Shown in pieces: positions 19,700 through 27,683 of a DNA stretch of 64,000 bases. This DNA is from Clostridia bacterium. GTDB taxonomy: Bacteria > Bacillota > Clostridia > Christensenellales > CAG-138. Below the pieces are notes generated by a model, which was not told the DNA's origin, searched no databases, and saw only the letters and a program-made list of their open reading frames with translations. A program made the translations under genes and the position numbers. Where the stretch lies: positions 259,120 through 323,119 of the forward strand of contig JAFRNW010000018.1 of the NCBI GenBank assembly GCA_017429985.1, in the 5' to 3' direction. Positions within the stretch are counted from its first letter, which is position 1, and the number at the start of each line of letters is the position of its first letter.

Positions 19700-20293
19700 T
19701 TATTCTCCGCGCTGCACGATCTGATCGATCGCCTGAAGCAGCGCGTCCTTCCCGTCCCCGGTCTCAACGGAATACGGGATGGCATAAGGAACAGCTCCCA
19801 GCTGTTTGGCGACCAGGTTCGCGGCCTGTTTCCGCTTTGTCTTCGCGATTTTATCCGCTTTTGTGGCAATCAGGGTAAAAGGGATCCCGTAATAGACGAT
19901 CCATTCATACATCTGCCTGTCGTCCGCGGTCGGTTCGTGCCGGATATCCAGCAGCAGAAATATGTGCTTGACTCTCCCGTCCGACAGATATTTCTCCATC
20001 AGGGAGCCCCATTGCGTCTGTTCGGATTTCGAAGCCTTTGCGAAACCGTACCCCGGAAGGTCCACGAGAAAGAAGGATTCGTTGATCAGATAGAAATTGA
20101 TCACCCTGGTCTTTCCAGGTGTCTGGGACGTTCTGGCAAGCTTTTTGTTTCCGCACAGGTGGTTGATGAGGCTGGACTTGCCGACATTGCTTCTGCCGAC
20201 AATGGCTATTTCAGACTGCATGGGCGCCGGGTATACTGAACCGGCGCCCGCGCTTGTCACAAATTCCGCTTTTTTAATGGCAAATGGCTGCAT
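19700..20293 (-). CDS. engB: Ribosome-biogenesis GTPase EngB/YihA/YsxC
   Basis: 197 aa: IAIVGRSNVGKSSLIN, DLPGYGFA, TKADK. It lies directly downstream of lon, as in Bacillus lonA-ysxC. Confidence 0.9.
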   Translation of the reverse strand: MQPFAIKKAEFVTSAGAGSVYPAPMQSEIAIVGRSNVGKSSLINHLCGNKKLARTSQTPGKTRVINFYLINESFFLVDLPGYGFAKASKSEQTQWGSLMEKYLSDGRVKHIFLLLDIRHEPTADDRQMYEWIVYYGIPFTLIATKADKIAKTKRKQAANLVAKQLGAVPYAIPYSVETGDGKDALLQAIDQIVQRGE

Positions 20294-22712
20294 GATTCTC
20301 TCCGACGGCCATCGATGCAGCCTGTGACGGAATAAACATCTCAGGCTGTCTGGACAGCGCCTCTTTCAAAACTTCATCCGCGTTTTCCACGAAACGGATG
20401 TCCAGCGCGCTACGGACGCTCTCGGGAACGTCAAACAGGTCATCCTTGTTCTTCATCGGAAGAAGAACGGTCGAAATACCCGCACGGACGGCTGCCAGCA
20501 GCTTTTCGCGGAGTCCCCCGATCGGGAGCACTCTGCCGCGCAGCGTGATCTCTCCGGTCATAGCAAGAGAGGATTTTACCGGGATGCCGGTCAGTACGGA
20601 CGTCAGCGCGGTCATCATCGCAATGCCCGCGGACGGACCGTCTTTCGGAACCGCTCCCTCCGGAACGTGCACGTGCAGGTCCGTTTTTTCGAAGATCTCC
20701 GGATTGATCGACAGCCTCTCCGCATTTGCGCGGACATAGGTCAGCGCAGCCTTTACGGACTCCTGCATGACGTCTCCGAGCTGGCCCGTAAGCTGGAGCA
20801 TTCCCTTGCCCGGGACAGCGGTCGCTTCGATTTCCAGCGTCTCCCCGCCGACACTCGTCCATGCCAGGCCGGTGACAAGCCCGATCTCGCCCTCCTCCGG
20901 GACAGGATCCCGGAAATACTTCCTGGGTCCCAGCCAGGAGATGATCATATCCTCGTCCAGATCCGTATGCCCGATGCCGTTCACGACATTGCAGGCCGCT
21001 TTCCGGCAAACGCTCCCGAGCACGCGCTCGATTTCGCGGACGCCCGCCTCTCTTGTGTATCCGTCGATCAGAAGAGAGATCATCGCGTCGCTGACGGTAA
21101 GCTGTTCCGCGCTGATCCCGTTGCGTTCCATCTGTTTCGGAAGGAGATGCCTCTTTGCGATTTCCACCTTCTCACTGAACAGATAGCTTGGGACCTCCAT
21201 GACCTCCATTCGGTCATAGAGCGGCTTCGGTATCGATCCGGGGTCGTTTGCCGTCGTCAGCAGGAGACACCTGCTCAGATCATACGGGATCTCCAGATAA
21301 TGATCCGCGAACGTGTTGTTCTGCGCGCTGTCAAGCACCTCCAGCATTGCGGACGCCGGGTCTCCGTGTATATCGTTTCCGAGCTTGTCGATCTCGTCGA
21401 ACAGAAGGAGCGGATTGATCGTTTTTGCCTGCCGCATCGCCTCGATGATCCGACCGGGCATCGCGCCGATATAGGTCCTTCTGTGTCCGCGGATTTCCGC
21501 CTCATCATGCACGCCGCCGAGACTCATGCGGACGAACTTGCGGCCCATGGCTTCCGCGATCGCGCGCGCGATGGATGTTTTTCCGACGCCGGGAGGTCCG
21601 ACAAGACAGAGGATCTGTCCCTGCGGGTTTCCCGTCAGTTTTTGAACGGCCAGCATCTCGATGATCCGGTCCTTGACCTTTTCCATCCCGTAATGGTCAC
21701 GGTCCAGTATCTCTCTTGCGTGTTCGAGATCCAGATTGTCTTCCGTCATCTCCGTCCACGGCAGATCGAGAACGCATTCGATATATGCCTGCTGCATCGG
21801 GATCTCATGAGAGCCGGAAGGCATCGCTTCCAGCCTGCCGATTTCCTTCTCAAGTTTTTCGCGGACGGTATCGGGAAGATTCTTTTCCTCCATCTGTTTG
21901 CGATAGAGATCCGCATCGGTCTCCTCTCCGCCGTCCAGCTCGGATTTCACCGCCTTCAGTTTTTCCCGAAGAACGAAATCCCTCTGGTTCTTGTCCATGG
22001 ACTCCTTGATCTTGGAAGCAATACGGCGGTCGGCCTTGATGATCTCCATCTCGTCCTGAATCAGATCCAGAACAAGAACCGCTCTGTCTTCCGCGTCGCA
22101 GGTTTCAAGCACCCTCTGACGGTCCTGCTGCTTTGAGATGCAGTGCCTTGCGACCGCGTCGACAAAATCGGAAAACTTCTCGGTATTGAGAACGGTATTG
22201 CGCTGATCCTGCGTCAGCCGGTCCTTTTCGGAGGCCATTTCCAGGAACCCCTCCGACAGCCGTCTCCGCAGCGCCTCCTGTGTGGCGGCATCGGGTTCGC
22301 GTTCGAACAGTTCCTGTATCTCGGCTTCAAAATATGGCTCTATCCTGGTAAATACGTCAATATGGCCGCGCGAAATGCCGGTCACCAGCAGATGGACAGA
22401 ATCGCTCTGGATCCGGAATACCTGCCGGATCCTGCAGATCGTGCCGTATTTCTCCAGATCGTTCTGCGTGATCTCCGTTCTTTTTGCGTCCCCCTGCATG
22501 CAGAGAAAAGCGAGCGCGTTGTTTTCAAGCGCTTTCTGCATGGCCTGGAGCGTTTTGGATCTCCCTATATCGCAATGCACGATCTCACCGGGCAGAACAT
22601 TCATTCCGCGGAGCGGTATGATCGGCAGCACTTTTGTCTGGACAGGCCCTTCCCAGGGTTCCTTGATCTCTTCCGGTTCAACCAGAAAGATGCTTTCTTC
22701 CATTCTCAGCAA
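20274..22712 (-). CDS. lon: ATP-dependent Lon protease
   Basis: 812 aa with a LON N-domain, Walker A GPPGVGKTSIARAIA, and the protease motif PKDGPSAGIAMMTAL. Confidence 0.95.
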   Translation of the reverse strand: MLRMEESIFLVEPEEIKEPWEGPVQTKVLPIIPLRGMNVLPGEIVHCDIGRSKTLQAMQKALENNALAFLCMQGDAKRTEITQNDLEKYGTICRIRQVFRIQSDSVHLLVTGISRGHIDVFTRIEPYFEAEIQELFEREPDAATQEALRRRLSEGFLEMASEKDRLTQDQRNTVLNTEKFSDFVDAVARHCISKQQDRQRVLETCDAEDRAVLVLDLIQDEMEIIKADRRIASKIKESMDKNQRDFVLREKLKAVKSELDGGEETDADLYRKQMEEKNLPDTVREKLEKEIGRLEAMPSGSHEIPMQQAYIECVLDLPWTEMTEDNLDLEHAREILDRDHYGMEKVKDRIIEMLAVQKLTGNPQGQILCLVGPPGVGKTSIARAIAEAMGRKFVRMSLGGVHDEAEIRGHRRTYIGAMPGRIIEAMRQAKTINPLLLFDEIDKLGNDIHGDPASAMLEVLDSAQNNTFADHYLEIPYDLSRCLLLTTANDPGSIPKPLYDRMEVMEVPSYLFSEKVEIAKRHLLPKQMERNGISAEQLTVSDAMISLLIDGYTREAGVREIERVLGSVCRKAACNVVNGIGHTDLDEDMIISWLGPRKYFRDPVPEEGEIGLVTGLAWTSVGGETLEIEATAVPGKGMLQLTGQLGDVMQESVKAALTYVRANAERLSINPEIFEKTDLHVHVPEGAVPKDGPSAGIAMMTALTSVLTGIPVKSSLAMTGEITLRGRVLPIGGLREKLLAAVRAGISTVLLPMKNKDDLFDVPESVRSALDIRFVENADEVLKEALSRQPEMFIPSQAASMAVGENHAAICH

Positions 22713-22800
22713 ACTCCTTTTTTACTGAATATCAGTATACAGAATCCTCTCTTCCTTCGCAATGGCATAACATTGAAAGAATCGTAACGTTCCGGTGACA

Positions 22801-22823
22801 AGAAAAGGGGCGCAAACGCGCCC
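22801..22823 (-). terminator. Rho-independent terminator after the NhaC-family gene
   Basis: The minus strand reads GGGCGC-guuu-GCGCCC followed by CUUUUCUU. An A-run on the other side makes it potentially bidirectional. Confidence 0.65.
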
Positions 22824-22847
22824 GCTTTTCCGTCTTCAAGCCCGGAT

Positions 22848-24449
22848 TCACGCATCCTTTTTCCTGAGTTTTTTGATGGCGATCAGCGTCAGGACCATCA
22901 GCACGATGGCGAACGGAAGGACGATCAGCGCATTCGGCAAAAGCCCCGCCAGAAGATAGCTGACGAAGCTGACAGCCGCCACCGTGATGGCATACGGCAG
23001 CTGGGTCGAGACATGCGTCACGTGATCACACTGCGCCCCTGCGGAGGACATGATCGTCGTATCCGAGATCGGCGAGCAGTGATCCCCGCAGACCGCGCCG
23101 GCCATGCAGGCAGACACGCAGATGATTCCCAGCGGGTCGGTTAAGGGAAATACCCCGAGCGTGATGGGGATCAGAATGCCGAACGTCCCCCAGCTTGTCC
23201 CGGTCGCAAAAGCGAGGAAGCACGCGATCAGGAATACGATGGCGGGCAGGAGCGACATAAACGAGGACGCCGACCCCTTCACCAGCGTCTCGACAAACTG
23301 CTTGGCGCCGAGCGAATCCGTCATTGCTTTCAGGCTCCAGGCGAACGTCAGGATCAGGATCGCGGGCACCATGGATTTGAATCCCTCGGGTATCTCTTTC
23401 ATCATGTCCGAGAAGGACAGCACCCTCCTGAACAGATAATAGATCACCGTTATCACCAGCGTGACCGCGGAACCCAGCATAAGCCCGACGGACGCGTCCG
23501 AATTGGAGAATGCGTCGATGAATCCCGTTCCTTCGAAAAAGCCCCCGGAATAGATCATGCCGATCACGCAGGAAACGATCAGAACCGCGATCGGAAGGAT
23601 CAGGTCCAGCACCTTTCCTTTTGGATTGCCTTCCTCATTCAGGCTGGCAGAATATGCTTTGACCCCCGAAAACAGGTCTCCTTTCTCGCGCGCGTTCTTT
23701 TCATGTTTTGCCATGGGACCGAATTCAAGGTCTGCCAGCGACAGAACGATCATCATGACGATCGTCAGAATCGCGTAAAAATTGAACGGGATCGCCCGGA
23801 TAAACAGATACAGTCCGTTTCCTTCCTCCACATAGCTCGATACCGCCGCGGCCCAGGATGAAACGGGCGCAATGATACAGATCGGCGCGGCCGTCGCATC
23901 GATCAGGTATGCCAGTTTTGCCCTGGAGATGCCGTGTTTGTCCGTGACCGGACGCATGACGCTGCCCACAGTCAGGCAGTTGAAATAGTCGTCGATAAAG
24001 ATCAGAACGCCCAGACAGACGGTTGCCAGAGAGGCTCCGACGCGCGTCTTGATGTGAACCGCTGCCCATCTCCCGAACGCGGCCGATCCTCCCGCCTTGT
24101 TGATCAGGGCGACAAGCACGCCCAGTATCACGAGGAAAACGAGAATGCCGACATTGTATGCGTCCGAAAGGACCGAAACAATGCCGTCGTTGAACACGTG
24201 GGTCAGGGTTCCCTCAAAACTGAATCCGGAATACAGCAGACCTCCGACTACGATCCCGACAAACAGGGAGGAATAGACTTCCTTGGTGATCAGCGCGAGC
24301 GCGATTGCAATGATCGCGGGCAGAAGCGACCAGAATGTCATATGGAACGGATTGGCGTCCCCGTCTGCCCCAGCCGCCAGAGATATGCCCGATACCGCCA
24401 CGACAGCGATGGCAGCCAGTATCGGAAGGATACGATTTCTTCTTCTCAT
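22848..24449 (-). CDS. NhaC-family Na+/H+ antiporter-type transporter (candidate lysine-linked transporter)
   Basis: 533 aa, polytopic, with NhaC-like regions (DDYFNCLTVGSVMRPV, GDHCSPISDTTI). It is preceded by a lysine riboswitch. Confidence 0.85.
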   Translation of the reverse strand: MRRRNRILPILAAIAVVAVSGISLAAGADGDANPFHMTFWSLLPAIIAIALALITKEVYSSLFVGIVVGGLLYSGFSFEGTLTHVFNDGIVSVLSDAYNVGILVFLVILGVLVALINKAGGSAAFGRWAAVHIKTRVGASLATVCLGVLIFIDDYFNCLTVGSVMRPVTDKHGISRAKLAYLIDATAAPICIIAPVSSWAAAVSSYVEEGNGLYLFIRAIPFNFYAILTIVMMIVLSLADLEFGPMAKHEKNAREKGDLFSGVKAYSASLNEEGNPKGKVLDLILPIAVLIVSCVIGMIYSGGFFEGTGFIDAFSNSDASVGLMLGSAVTLVITVIYYLFRRVLSFSDMMKEIPEGFKSMVPAILILTFAWSLKAMTDSLGAKQFVETLVKGSASSFMSLLPAIVFLIACFLAFATGTSWGTFGILIPITLGVFPLTDPLGIICVSACMAGAVCGDHCSPISDTTIMSSAGAQCDHVTHVSTQLPYAITVAAVSFVSYLLAGLLPNALIVLPFAIVLMVLTLIAIKKLRKKDA

Positions 24450-24476
24450 AAAAGATTCCCCTTTTCAGATTGATCG

Positions 24477-24510
24477 GAAACAAAATGGAGTCATAACACC
24501 GTCACGACTC
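24477..24510 (-). terminator. Expression-platform terminator of the lysine riboswitch
   Basis: The minus strand reads GGAGUC-gugacgguguuau-GACUCC followed by AUUUUGUUU. It sits between the aptamer and the RBS (AAAAGGGGA) of the transporter gene. Confidence 0.7.
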
Positions 24511-24528
24511 CAAGGAGAATCCTTCGTT

Positions 24529-24693
24529 GTCTGACAGCTCTCCGCCCCGCATCAGGGAGCGACAGTCCGGCGGATCTTCTCCGACGGCCCGGGCATCGGA
24601 ACAGCCAGGCTGCTTTTCCGACCCCTCGGCGGTTACACCTTTCCGCTTTTCCAATGCCTGCTGAAAAAAGCGTACTGATCGCAACCGCGCCTC
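24529..24693 (-). promoter_or_regulatory. Lysine riboswitch (L-box) aptamer
   Basis: The minus strand contains, in order, AGAGGCGC, CAGUA, GGAAAGG, GCCGAGG, GCCUGG, ACUGUC and GGAGAGCUGUCA. These are the conserved L-box blocks in the same order as in B. subtilis lysC and the T. maritima aptamer as I remember them. Confidence 0.8.
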
Positions 24694-24881
24694 TAGTCAT
24701 GAATTTTCATTTGTTTCTTTCGGTATCATACACCCAAATCCGTATGATTTCCACAGAAATATTCATATTTTCCGAATATTACTACAAATTGTTCCGATGT
24801 TCTTTTCACTCCTTTTTCAATCGGCTGTATCAGATTGCCGTTTGCGCGTGCTACAATATCAGCAACGGGAGGGCTACGCAA

Positions 24882-25913
24882 ATGAACAGATTCTTATACG
24901 GTATGATGGCTTCTCTTCTGTTGGCCTGCGGATGTTCCTCCGGCATGTCGACAGGACAGTCCGAAACGCCCCCTGCGGTTTCTCCTTCCGTTTCTCCCGC
25001 TACATCGCTCATTCAGGATACGTTATCCTTTTCAGAATCTGATACCCTTTCCGGATTCACCGCTTCCTCCGGGCTTTTGCCGCATCATATCCTTTCCGTT
25101 GCACCGGGGGTAACGCTGGACGCCGACGGTCTTTCGCTTGACAAGGTAAACAACGAAGCGACTGAGATCACCGACGACGCTCTGTACACGGGCAGCGAAG
25201 CGATGATCTTTACCGACAATTCGATCATCCGTCTGAACAACAGCATGATTTCCGGAACCGCCCCCTATGCCCACGCACTGTGGCTTGGCAATCAAAGCAC
25301 CTGTTCCATGCAGCATACCATCCTCGTGACAACGGATATCGGCCAGGCAGCCGTTGCCGCTTTTGACGGCTCTTCGCTGGATATGACCGACTGTATCCTT
25401 GCTTCCATCGGAGATGGGGCGTCCTGTCTGATGCTGCTGAACAGTCACGCCTTCGCTGCTAAATCCGAGTTCACGGTCCGGGATTCCCAGACCTCGTATT
25501 CCGTCTCTTTGGGAAACAGCGTCCTGTCGCTATCCGATTCCAATCTGTCCGGAAACATCCAGTATTCCGATCCCTGCTCGGTTTCCTGTTCGAACTCCGC
25601 CATAACCGCAGAGCTGTTTGCGGAAGGCAGCGACGCAGAGTTGTCCCTTTCACTGATATCCGGAAGCGTTCTGACCGGCCGCTCCTATGACGACTCGGCA
25701 TTGAGCCTGAATATCAGCCTGGATGAGTCAAGCACATGGAACCTGACCGAAGATTCTTTTGTTGCGGAATTTCACGATGCGGATCAGAGCCTGTCCAACA
25801 TCATCAGCAACGGTTATTCGCTCTATTACAATTCCGAATACGAGGGCAACGAATGGCTCTCCAGCCTCACGTTTTCTCTCCCGGGAGGAGGTTATCTGAT
25901 CCCGCTCATCTGA
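24882..25913 (+). CDS. Secreted lipoprotein of unknown function (Ser/Thr-rich, beta-helix-like repeats)
   Basis: ORF 24654..25913 trimmed to the ATG at 24882, with GGGAGGG upstream. The signal is MNRFLYGMMASLLLACGCSS with a lipobox. The sequence is repetitive and S/D/L-rich. The C-terminal SxWNLTEDSF..NGYSLYYN..LPGGGYLIP pattern recurs in Firmicute lipoproteins. Confidence 0.6.
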   Translation: MNRFLYGMMASLLLACGCSSGMSTGQSETPPAVSPSVSPATSLIQDTLSFSESDTLSGFTASSGLLPHHILSVAPGVTLDADGLSLDKVNNEATEITDDALYTGSEAMIFTDNSIIRLNNSMISGTAPYAHALWLGNQSTCSMQHTILVTTDIGQAAVAAFDGSSLDMTDCILASIGDGASCLMLLNSHAFAAKSEFTVRDSQTSYSVSLGNSVLSLSDSNLSGNIQYSDPCSVSCSNSAITAELFAEGSDAELSLSLISGSVLTGRSYDDSALSLNISLDESSTWNLTEDSFVAEFHDADQSLSNIISNGYSLYYNSEYEGNEWLSSLTFSLPGGGYLIPLI

Positions 25914-26028
25914 CGTTTTTTGTCTTTCCTTCCTATGACGGCGCTCTTTTTGTCTTTATTAAAAACAGCCCGGTTCTCTGCCGAACCGTGCCGTTTTTTC
26001 CGTTTATTCTTTTCAGAAACAACCGGCT

Positions 26029-26262
26029 TTACGCCTGTATATTGGGGACCATCAGTTTCTGCCCGACCCGGATCGACTTGTTCCCGTCCATTCCGTTCAG
26101 GAAGCGGATCTGTTCCGGAGTGGTGTTGTATTTTTTCGCTATCAGGGACAGTTTATCCCCTTCCTGCACAACATAAAACGTGCACGGTCCGATGTATTTT
26201 TCAAATTTGTCAGCCCCGCCGCTTATATTCCCAAGAATTACATCGTTCAGTTTGCTGTCCAT
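26029..26262 (-). CDS. Small LysM-domain protein
   Basis: ORF 26029..26313 trimmed to the ATG at 26262, with GGAAGGAGAA upstream. The LysM core is YVVQEGDKLSLIAKKYNTTPEQIRFLNGMDGNKSIRVGQKLMVP. There is no Sec signal. Confidence 0.75.
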   Translation of the reverse strand: MDSKLNDVILGNISGGADKFEKYIGPCTFYVVQEGDKLSLIAKKYNTTPEQIRFLNGMDGNKSIRVGQKLMVPNIQA

Positions 26263-26325
26263 AACGCGTTCTCCTTCCTTCTGACCTGGACCAATTATAC
26301 CATATGCCTGCATGAAATACTCCCG

Positions 26326-27483
26326 TTACCGTTTCTTCTTCAGCAACGAAACGATCCCAATGATTGCAACCGCCACCAGCCCGATCCCAAGAATCAGGAA
26401 CTGTTTTGTGTGGTCCTTCTCGGTCACAGTATTGATAACCGCGTCCAGATCCAGCTTTCCCGATGATTCATCACGGAATACGATTTCCGTCTTGGATTTG
26501 CCTTTGGCGACTCTTCTTCCGCTGCCGAATGACTCCGTCTGACCCGCAGATACCTGAACCTGCTCCGAAGTGGCTGATTCCTCCGCGTCCGTTCCGGCGG
26601 AAGAAAGAAGACCGCTCAGTCCGCCGAACGAATGTCCTCCCCATCCTCCGGGCATTCCTCCTCCCTGCGAAGGATCTTCCTCTAAATCTGCGTAAAACAC
26701 CAGATCTCCGGTGGATCCTGGCGGGATCGTTTTGATGTACTCAGTCGTCCCGTCAGCCAGAGTCCATCCCAGAAATTTGTATCCTTTCAGAGAGACTGCC
26801 GGGAGTGTGACCGCCTGATCATCCGCCGTATAGCTCACAGCGCCGTCAATATCCTGAATAACGATTTCTTCCCCGTTTATGATTGTTTTATATGTGATGC
26901 TGTATTCTCTGGACAAGACATGGTTTTGTGTGCCTATGCTGTAAGTCCCGGTGTCTGACACGAGGCCGATCACCTCCAGCACGTCTTTCCAGGAAGCGGT
27001 TTTTTTCCCCGGCAGATTCCCGGTCAAGTCCCCGTTCCCATTGATTGATGCGGCGGCATCGCTTCCGGTGTCTTCCGATCCGTCAGCGTATTTGATTGTT
27101 GCAACCGTTTCTCCCGCAGCTGCACCTGTAATCGTCACGGTGCTCCTGTAGCGGACAAAAAATCCGACTCCTTTGCTCACATCGTCCAGAACCGCGTTAT
27201 AGTCTTTGTCCGTAAAGATCATCAAACCACTGTGTGTCCATGAAAATCCATTCTTATTGATCTTGACCGGATAACCGATCGTGATAGGTCCCGAGGTAGG
27301 GATGTCCGCGCCGAGAGTGATTTCCCCCGTCTGATTCCCAAGCTCCTGAAGAAGTTCGTCCGCTGTTGCAACAGTTACTCCTTCCGCTCTGGCGGCTGCG
27401 GGCATAACGATCATTGCCATGAATACTGTCGCCATGAAAATCATCAAACCGTGTTTTTTTCTGCCGAGAATACTGCGGATCAT
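26326..27483 (-). CDS. Cell-surface protein with an N-terminal signal peptide and a C-terminal membrane anchor
   Basis: 385 aa. Signal: ..MIFMATVFMAMIVMPAAARAEG. An internal GYKFLGWTLADGT..GDLVFYADLE segment resembles the Listeria-Bacteroides (InlB B-type) repeat. There is a Gly-rich linker. The C-terminal TM segment is FLILGIGLVAVAIIGIVSLL followed by KKKR. Confidence 0.6.
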   Translation of the reverse strand: MIRSILGRKKHGLMIFMATVFMAMIVMPAAARAEGVTVATADELLQELGNQTGEITLGADIPTSGPITIGYPVKINKNGFSWTHSGLMIFTDKDYNAVLDDVSKGVGFFVRYRSTVTITGAAAGETVATIKYADGSEDTGSDAAASINGNGDLTGNLPGKKTASWKDVLEVIGLVSDTGTYSIGTQNHVLSREYSITYKTIINGEEIVIQDIDGAVSYTADDQAVTLPAVSLKGYKFLGWTLADGTTEYIKTIPPGSTGDLVFYADLEEDPSQGGGMPGGWGGHSFGGLSGLLSSAGTDAEESATSEQVQVSAGQTESFGSGRRVAKGKSKTEIVFRDESSGKLDLDAVINTVTEKDHTKQFLILGIGLVAVAIIGIVSLLKKKR

Positions 27484-27683
27484 TTTCCCCTCCTAAAACA
27501 GGACCTGTTACCTATTCCCTCTGTGGTTCATTACTGATAGTATAAAGATCGATATTGTCAGAACTATGTCACAAATCCAAAACCGTATTCCAAAGTTCCA
27601 AATTCTTTCTTTTATCGTGCCATTGTTCTGCCACACATTCCAGATATAATCATTTCTGCATCAATAACCTGGAGGTTTTCCAC

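Noticed and set aside
20667-22787. Plus-strand ORFs of 489 aa and 214 aa opposite lon
   Set aside because: They are antisense to a complete Lon protease with Walker and Ser-Lys motifs, and their composition is not coding-like.
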